Shown: piece after piece, positions 7,671 to 11,603 of the stretch
Layout: each line of letters opens with the position of its first letter
Position numbering within the stretch: the first letter of the stretch is position 1
Source of the DNA: a bacterium
GTDB lineage: Bacteria; Patescibacteriota; Patescibacteriia; SG8-24
Reading direction: 5' to 3'
NCBI GenBank assembly: GCA_023246225.1
Contig: JAHFIV010000036.1
Span: 1 to 11,603, forward strand
Length of the DNA: 11,603 bases
Translations under genes and position numbers: made by a program
Notes under the pieces: generated by a model
What the model saw: the letters and a program-made list of their open reading frames with translations, nothing else
Told to the model about the DNA's origin: nothing
Database searches by the model: none

Positions 7671-7816
7671 GTAATTCCGGCCACCACCTTGTCATTCCGG
7701 GCTCGACCCGGAATCCAGAAAAAATAAAACAACCAAACGTAATCACGTTTGGTCTTTTTTTACGATTCTGGATTCCGGGTCGAGCCCGGAATGACAAGAA
7801 GTGGGTTGGAATGCGT
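7671..7816. repeat. Copy D of the nested-inverted-repeat element. It is a variant with compensatory changes and an intact central bidirectional terminator.
   Basis: Left GTAATTCCGGCC then TTGTCATTCCGGGCTCGACCCGGAATCCAGAAAA. Centre is an A-tract, then CCAAACG-TAATCA-CGTTTGG, then TCTTTTTTT. The right arm TTCTGGATTCCGGGTCGAGCCCGGAATGACAAGAAGTGGGT is the exact reverse complement of the left arm. Confidence 0.85.
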
Positions 7817-7877
7817 TGCGTGTGGTTCATGAAATTTCCTCCACCACAAGCAAACACGATCCGCAATTTAATATTTT

Positions 7878-8309
7878 TTAAATATTCTTCACCTCAAGAA
7901 TGTGCGGCTTGATGAATACCTTGATCGACGCAACTTCTTCATCTTTCTTTTTTGCATCACTCGCCGCGACATTTTTTGCAAACTGGTAGAGAACGAGTGG
8001 TGGAATATGAAGCCACTTCTGATTCTTGTGCAAAAAATACAGTAGCGTCATCACTGCGATGCGTTTGTTGCCGTTCTCAAAGGGATGATTCTTAATCATC
8101 AAATAAAAAAGTGCCGCAGCTTTGTCGAGCAGCGTCGGATACAATTCGCGTTTGTCGTATGTTTGTTGCGGAACAGAAAGACAACTCTCGAGACGATTGG
8201 GATACCGAGAAGCGAACGGAGGGATCGGTTCACCCCCCTCCATCATCTGACGCGCGAGCTCATGCGCAACGCATTCGACTTCTCCAAGCGTGAGATATTC
8301 CATACTCAT
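7878..8309 (-). CDS. doc: Doc-family (Fic-fold) toxin, death-on-curing-like kinase.
   Basis: HPFENGNKRIAV matches the Doc variant of the Fic motif HxFx(D/N)GNKR. The protein is about 140 aa. Its start codon overlaps the upstream gene's stop by 4 bp (ATGA). The region is AT-rich. Confidence 0.8.
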   Translation of the reverse strand: MSMEYLTLGEVECVAHELARQMMEGGEPIPPFASRYPNRLESCLSVPQQTYDKRELYPTLLDKAAALFYLMIKNHPFENGNKRIAVMTLLYFLHKNQKWLHIPPLVLYQFAKNVAASDAKKKDEEVASIKVFIKPHILEVKNI

Positions 8310-8566
8310 TCTTTGGCGAGCGCACGAAACGTTTCACCGTACTCATCCAACGCTTGTTTCACCACTTTTTGAATTTCGAATTTTTTCTCCGCAGAAAGAT
8401 CGGTGCCCAAAAGCAGCGGCATATCTTCTGCCAAAACAATGAATGATCGGCCGATTTTTGCAGCCTTCAGCTTCCCTGACTTCACCCAACGAAAAACAGT
8501 AATTCGGCTCACCCCGAGCAATTCCGCGGCTTCTTTAAGAGAGAAATGCGACTTTGTTGCACTCAT
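8306..8566 (-). CDS. HTH DNA-binding protein (excisionase/MerR-like HTH_17). Presumed antitoxin and autorepressor of the Doc module.
   Basis: LKEAAELLGVSRITVFRWVKSGKLKAAKIG is a classic excisionase-family HTH. It is translationally coupled to doc. The start is taken at ATG 8564-8566 (MSATKS). The track's first codon is a TTG at 8582-8584 inside the operator palindrome. No clear SD for either start. Confidence 0.65.
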   Translation of the reverse strand: MSATKSHFSLKEAAELLGVSRITVFRWVKSGKLKAAKIGRSFIVLAEDMPLLLGTDLSAEKKFEIQKVVKQALDEYGETFRALAKE

Positions 8567-8572
8567 ATAGAG

Positions 8573-8615
8573 ATAGTGTAACAATTGTTACATGATATGT
8601 CAAATAGTGTAACAA
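8573..8615. promoter_or_regulatory. Putative operator for the HTH-Doc operon. It has a 16-bp perfect palindrome and a direct 12-mer repeat.
   Basis: TGTAACAATTGTTACA at 8577-8592. ATAGTGTAACAA occurs at 8573-8584 and again at 8604-8615, 31 bp apart. The palindrome lies between the putative -35 (TTGACA, complement of 8598-8603) and the -10 (TACACT, complement of 8575-8580). Confidence 0.5.
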
Positions 8616-8670
8616 AATAAACTCTCTCTAAACTAGGTGGATATTTCGTCCTTAGTGTCAGGAACTTTAT

Positions 8671-8698
8671 AATATAAAAACACCCGCTCAAGAGCGGA
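8671..8698 (-). terminator. Terminator downstream of the tRNA-His gene (tRNA operon).
   Basis: Hairpin CCGCTC-AA-GAGCGG, or CCGCT-CAAG-AGCGG, at 8683-8697. On the minus strand it is followed by a T-rich tract (complement of AATATAAAAA at 8671-8680). Confidence 0.5.
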
Positions 8699-8706
8699 TG
8701 TTTTTA

Positions 8707-8782
8707 TGGGGTGGCCAGAGGGAATCGAACCCTCATCAGCGGGACCACAACCCGCTGTGCTAACCGTTGCACCATGGCCACC
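8707..8782 (-). tRNA. tRNA-His (anticodon GUG) with G-1 and an encoded CCA.
   Basis: Reverse complement is GGTGGCCATGGTGCAACGGTTAGCACAGCGGGTTGTGGTCCCGCTGATGAGGGTTCGATTCCCTCTGGCCACCCCA. The cloverleaf folds with anticodon loop UUGUGGU. The extra 5' G pairs with discriminator C, as is typical of bacterial tRNA-His. Confidence 0.92.
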
Positions 8783-8843
8783 ATGTCATTCTTAGGAGTC
8801 GCCGACGCACAATAACGTATCTTCTTCACCCTTTCAAGAGGGG

Positions 8844-8918
8844 TGGTGCCCCCGGTAGGAGTCGAACCCACATCACGCGGGTAGAAACCGCGTGCTCTAT
8901 CCATTGAGCTACAGGGGC
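8844..8918 (-). tRNA. tRNA-Arg (anticodon UCU) with an encoded CCA.
   Basis: Reverse complement is GCCCCTGTAGCTCAATGGATAGAGCACGCGGTTTCTACCCGCGTGATGTGGGTTCGACTCCTACCGGGGGCACCA. Acceptor GCCCCUG/CGGGGGC, T-loop TTCGACT, anticodon loop UUUCUAC. Confidence 0.9.
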
Positions 8919-8932
8919 GTAACTCTCTGCGG

Positions 8933-8961
8933 AAGATACCTCTCTAAAGGCCCGACGTCAA
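8933..8961 (-). promoter_or_regulatory. Putative promoter of the tRNA-Arg/tRNA-His operon.
   Basis: On the minus strand: TTGACG (complement of 8956-8961), a 17-nt spacer, then TATCTT (complement of 8933-8938), about 8 nt upstream of the mature tRNA-Arg 5' end. The -35 overlaps the palindrome GTCAATC-GAGG-GATTGAC at 8957-8974. Confidence 0.35.
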
Positions 8962-8969
8962 TCGAGGGA

Positions 8970-8998
8970 TTGACAAATCGACCTTATTATGGTAGCAT
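8970..8998 (+). promoter_or_regulatory. Putative divergent promoter for the small ORF at 9039.
   Basis: TTGACA at 8970-8975, a 17-nt spacer, then TAGCAT at 8993-8998. It shares the palindrome with the tRNA promoter. Confidence 0.3.
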
Positions 8999-9038
8999 CT
9001 TTGGTTCCATTGCGTTGGGACTTACAGAGGAGAAAAAC

Positions 9039-9245
9039 ATGCGTTCTCGGATTCGCTATGGCTGGGATAGCACAGTTGCGGAGTTCCCCGACACGCGCGA
9101 GCTGATGAATCGCGCGTCAGCGGCGCTCAGTCTCCCCGTCGACGACGATGATGAGAAGGAGCGACTGGTCGGAGTGGCAGAAGACTCGTTCAGCAAGCGC
9201 GAGTTCAAGAAGTGCGAGGAGGCGCTCATCAGGCTCGGTCTCTAG
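9039..9245 (+). CDS. Small acidic hypothetical protein (68 aa, DDDDEKE tract).
   Basis: GAGGAG lies 6 nt upstream of the ATG. A strong terminator follows. The track ORF's N-terminal extension overlaps tRNA-Arg and is rejected. Confidence 0.5.
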   Translation: MRSRIRYGWDSTVAEFPDTRELMNRASAALSLPVDDDDEKERLVGVAEDSFSKREFKKCEEALIRLGL

Positions 9246-9263
9246 GCGACATACCTGCTCGAA

Positions 9264-9295
9264 GGCCGGCGGTTCTCAGGACCGCCGGCTTTTTC
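9264..9295 (+). terminator. Rho-independent terminator between the convergent small ORF and the xer gene.
   Basis: 9-bp stem GCCGGCGGT/ACCGCCGGC, loop TCTCAGG, then TTTTT. Confidence 0.75.
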
Positions 9296-9299
9296 AATG

Positions 9300-10241
9300 T
9301 CATTTTTTCTTTTTTCCTTTTGCGTGAAAGGCGTTGTATACCTCGCGCAGTCGTTCATCGGTGATGTGCGTGTAAATTTGTGTGGTCGTGATCGACGAAT
9401 GACCGAGCAGTGTTTGCACACTGCGAATGTCAGCGCCGTTTCTGAGTAAGTCAGTGGCGAATGTATGACGCACCGTGTGCGGCGTGATCCGTTTTGTGAT
9501 TCCCGCTGCGCGCGCATAGTGTTCGACGATGCGTTGCACACTGCGCGGAGTGAGACCGCCATCATAGTCGCGACCTTTTCGCGCGCGATCATGACTCGTA
9601 AATAAAAATGGCGACATGTCTTTTCTTTTCGCGAGATATTTTTCAATCCAATATCGCGCTTGATTCGAAAGAAACACCACGCGCGGTTTGTCGCCTTTTC
9701 CACGCACCGTAAATTCTTCGCGTTTCAAATTGATCGTTTCTTTTTTGAGTCCTGCGAGTTCGGAAACGCGCAGCCCTGTCGAAAATAACATTTCAAGAAT
9801 TGTTTTGTCGCGCAAACGAACAACGTCCGCGTTCGCTTCACCACCTCGACTATTTTTAAACGGCGCTTCGAGCAAGCGCTCAAGCTCCTCCGCATCGAGA
9901 AACGCAACCGAACGCTCGGGCATTCGCGCGAGTTCAATTTTTTCTGGTGCGAGGGTTTTGACGTCACGCTTCGAAAGATATTTGAGAAAAGATCGGAGTG
10001 CGATCAGATGATAATTCTGTGTATTTTTTTTCATCCCCTTTCCGTGTTGATCTTTGTAACGATTCAACCACACGCGATACTGGCGCACGAGATCGAGCGT
10101 GATTTTTTCTGGTGTGATATTTTTCGACCAAAGAAAAAATCGTCGCAAATAAAAATCGTAATTTTTTACGGTTCGTTCGGAACGGTTCCGTTCCACCTCG
10201 AGATACACGAGGAAGTCACTAATCAAATTTGTTGCGGGCAT
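9300..10241 (-). CDS. xerC: XerC/XerD-family site-specific tyrosine recombinase.
   Basis: It aligns along its whole length with E. coli XerC/XerD from memory, sharing the motif blocks TVKNYDFYLRRF, DKTILEMLFSTGLRVSELAGL, VRGKGDKPRVVFL, HTVRHTFATDLLRNGADIRSVQTLLGHSSITTTQIYTHI, and a Lys-rich tail like XerC. The XerC versus XerD assignment is uncertain. The GC content is lower than in flanking genes. Confidence 0.85.
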   Translation of the reverse strand: MPATNLISDFLVYLEVERNRSERTVKNYDFYLRRFFLWSKNITPEKITLDLVRQYRVWLNRYKDQHGKGMKKNTQNYHLIALRSFLKYLSKRDVKTLAPEKIELARMPERSVAFLDAEELERLLEAPFKNSRGGEANADVVRLRDKTILEMLFSTGLRVSELAGLKKETINLKREEFTVRGKGDKPRVVFLSNQARYWIEKYLAKRKDMSPFLFTSHDRARKGRDYDGGLTPRSVQRIVEHYARAAGITKRITPHTVRHTFATDLLRNGADIRSVQTLLGHSSITTTQIYTHITDERLREVYNAFHAKGKKKK

Positions 10242-10252
10242 AGAGTCTCTAC

Positions 10253-10258
10253 ATTATA
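10253..10258 (-). promoter_or_regulatory. Perfect TATAAT -10 box for the xer gene, implying a near-leaderless transcript.
   Basis: The complement of ATTATA at 10253-10258 gives TATAAT, with only 11 nt between the -10 and the ATG at 10241. There is no SD, and no good -35. Confidence 0.4.
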
Positions 10259-10284
10259 CGTCACATCTTCTGGCTGAGATAGAG

Positions 10285-10326
10285 CACAAAAAGAAAACAC
10301 CCCGCGTGGAAGACCATGCGAGGTGT
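10285..10326 (-). terminator. Terminator of the 10359-10856 gene, just upstream of the xer promoter.
   Basis: Hairpin ACACCCCGCGTGG-AAGA-CCATGCGAGGTGT (13-bp stem, 2 mismatches). On the minus strand it is followed by TTTTCTTTTTGTG. Confidence 0.6.
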
Positions 10327-10358
10327 ATTGAAGATGAGATGGTGTTCAGGTCTGCTTG

Positions 10359-10856
10359 TCACGTCGCTCGCGAGCGACGTGACTTGCGCCGTGCGACCAC
10401 GAACCGCTCCCCGGGATTGAAGGGGTAGTCGGGGCCCCCGTAGCGCGTGCGGAGCCAGAGACCATCCTCGTCGTGCGCGATGCAGAAGAGGTTCGGATAC
10501 CCGTCGACAACAGTGATCCCCTCCATCGCGATGATGAGCTGCTCGCCTTTGGGCTGGTCCTTGTAGGACTCCCGGAGCACGATGGCAGTCTCGGCAGGAC
10601 AAAGGTCGAAACCCTGCTCGACGATCCGCGTGCAGATAATGTCGAACCGCGTCTCTTTCTTGAAATCGAGCTCGCCGACCGAGACCTCGATGGGCTCGAT
10701 GTCGGTCGGGGTCTGGCTGAGTGGGGTTTTCTTGAGGACTTTCTCGGCCGAGGGCTTGACCTTCATACTATTCACCTCAAGAGACTCACGACAATTCTCG
10801 AGGGTCTTGTGGACGCCGAGTTTGACGGTCGCGAGCGTTCTTCCGATTGTGGGCAT
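10359..10856 (-). CDS. Hypothetical protein (165 aa) with a basic C-terminal tail RRKSRRSR.
   Basis: AAAGGA lies 10 nt upstream of the ATG at 10854-10856. The track ORF starts at an upstream GTG. No recognised family. High GC. Confidence 0.55.
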   Translation of the reverse strand: MPTIGRTLATVKLGVHKTLENCRESLEVNSMKVKPSAEKVLKKTPLSQTPTDIEPIEVSVGELDFKKETRFDIICTRIVEQGFDLCPAETAIVLRESYKDQPKGEQLIIAMEGITVVDGYPNLFCIAHDEDGLWLRTRYGGPDYPFNPGERFVVARRKSRRSRAT

Positions 10857-10906
10857 CGTCACTGTATCCTTTCGTTGCTCTGTGAGGATCACTTAGGCAA
10901 CAGCTA

Positions 10907-10966
10907 TGTATAGCAAATAAGAAGACGTTCGTCAATATTGACTCCGCGCCTTTTTTTGTGTGCAAT
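10907..10966. promoter_or_regulatory. Divergent promoter region with face-to-face -35 boxes inside the 12-bp perfect palindrome GTCAATATTGAC (10931-10942).
   Basis: Plus strand: TTGACT at 10938-10943, a 17-nt spacer, then TGCAAT at 10961-10966. Minus strand: TTGACG (complement of 10930-10935), a 17-nt spacer, then TATACA (complement of 10907-10912). Confidence 0.35.
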
Positions 10967-11013
10967 AGCCGCGAAGCAACGAGCTTCGCTACCCCTTACC
11001 AAGGAGGCGCACC

Positions 11014-11603
11014 ATGCGCATCAACCCCGCAGTGCTGGTCATCGCTTTGCTCGCGATGTTCATTCCGGTTTCGTGCTGTTGCGACAACGACGCTCCCCCT
11101 TCAGGGCGCGCGCGATACGATGGACCACCGACACTCACGATCGGTTCGTCTGACGCGCAGGTCACGTTCGACCTCAGCGATCGGTTCGCAATGCACATCG
11201 CATCTTCGGACGGTCGTCTGTTGCTCGATTCCTCCAACGACGATCCGTCGCCGAACGACTTGAGTAAAGCGTACGGCGAGATCGGCGCAACGCACCGCGA
11301 CACCGAGTTGAAACCTTCGATCATCGAAGGGTTCGATCACGCGGTGCCGACCGATCAGCCGTGGCTGCACGCGAAAACCGTCGCAGCGGTGACGCACACG
11401 GAGACGAGTGCAACGATTCAGCTGTTCGATCCGTCGACGCCCGACGTCACGATCACGCTCGCTGTCGAAGTGCGCGGCGCAGAAGTTGCGGTCGAGGCGA
11501 CCGTGGACGATCCGCGAAAAAACGCCGCAGCGAAGTCGCTGAACATCGTCGGTCAATCGTTCGATCTCGATGCCGACGAGCAGTTCGTCGGACTCGGCGA
11601 ACG
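11014..11603 (+). CDS. Secreted lipoprotein-like protein, the N-terminal part of a putative GH31 glycoside hydrolase (alpha-glucosidase/alpha-xylosidase family). It runs off the window end.
   Basis: AAGGAGG lies 6 nt upstream of the ATG. Frame 1 is open to the window edge and so is not in the ORF track. The signal peptide MRINPAVLVIALLAMFIPVSC is followed by Cys residues. The C-terminal visible motif EQFVGLGER matches the conserved GH31 N-domain motif (YicI ETVYGLGERF). Confidence 0.55.
   Translation, partial: MRINPAVLVIALLAMFIPVSCCCDNDAPPSGRARYDGPPTLTIGSSDAQVTFDLSDRFAMHIASSDGRLLLDSSNDDPSPNDLSKAYGEIGATHRDTELKPSIIEGFDHAVPTDQPWLHAKTVAAVTHTETSATIQLFDPSTPDVTITLAVEVRGAEVAVEATVDDPRKNAAAKSLNIVGQSFDLDADEQFVGLGE

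Noticed and set aside
1-7816. Possibility that the repeated elements are a CRISPR array.
   Set aside because: The copies are 130-190 bp, separated by 2-4 kb of genes, internally palindromic, and lack short regularly spaced unique spacers.
8892-9038. N-terminal extension of the small ORF (MLYPLSYRG...) overlapping tRNA-Arg.
   Set aside because: It overlaps a tRNA gene and has no RBS. The ATG at 9039 has a GAGGAG SD.
8700-10260. Classical tRNA-targeted phage-type integrase island with att direct repeats.
   Set aside because: The recombinase is XerC/D-like. No copy of either tRNA 3' end could be found elsewhere in the window by eye. It is kept only as a hypothesis in the findings.
9242-10277. 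ORFs 9242-9703, 9688-10011, 9725-9967 and 10008-10277 inside or opposite the xer gene.
   Set aside because: The xer frame is conserved end to end. The others are off-frame.

Overview
Bacterial chromosomal segment with high-GC coding regions and AT-rich intergenic DNA. Read left to right it holds these parts. (1) An isocitrate lyase gene (aceA, minus strand). (2) A divergent polytopic membrane protein of unknown function. (3) A minus-strand membrane cluster: a DedA-family protein, then an NfeD/YqiJ-like protein with a His/Asp-rich loop, then an SPFH/flotillin (YqiK-like) protein with a long coiled coil. (4) A small divergent pair: an NT5C/HAD-like protein with a degenerate motif I, and a Cys-rich zinc-ribbon protein. 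(5) A visibly lower-GC block from about 7.86 to 10.26 kb. This block carries a type II toxin-antitoxin pair (HTH excisionase-like antitoxin overlapping a Doc/Fic-fold toxin with the HPFENGNKR motif), a tRNA-His(GUG)-tRNA-Arg(UCU) operon, a small acidic ORF, and a XerC/XerD-family tyrosine recombinase. (6) A 165-aa hypothetical protein. (7) The 5' end of a secreted GH31-like glycoside hydrolase that runs off the window. The most striking non-genic signal is a family of four 130-190 bp intergenic elements (copies A-D) built as nested inverted repeats. Each has a reiterated terminal 12-mer GTCATTCCGG(C/G)CC and 33-bp arms that are themselves hairpins. Each has a central A-tract/hairpin/T-tract bidirectional terminator in copies A, B and D, degenerate in copy C. 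Copy D shows compensatory base changes in both arms. The elements sit next to, rather than in place of, gene-specific terminators (shown for B and C), which implies they are inserted MITE/BIME-like elements. One copy end supplies a -35-like hexamer for the DedA promoter. Many ORFs in the supplied six-frame track are alternate-frame artefacts of high-GC DNA or run through the repeat copies. Several real genes appear to start downstream of the track's first start codon (ATG, or TTG/GTG translated as M), at ATGs with a good Shine-Dalgarno sequence. I could not recognise a named novel system with certainty. The repeat family, the non-canonical HTH-Doc module and the recombinase block flanked by palindromes are the best candidates for follow-up.
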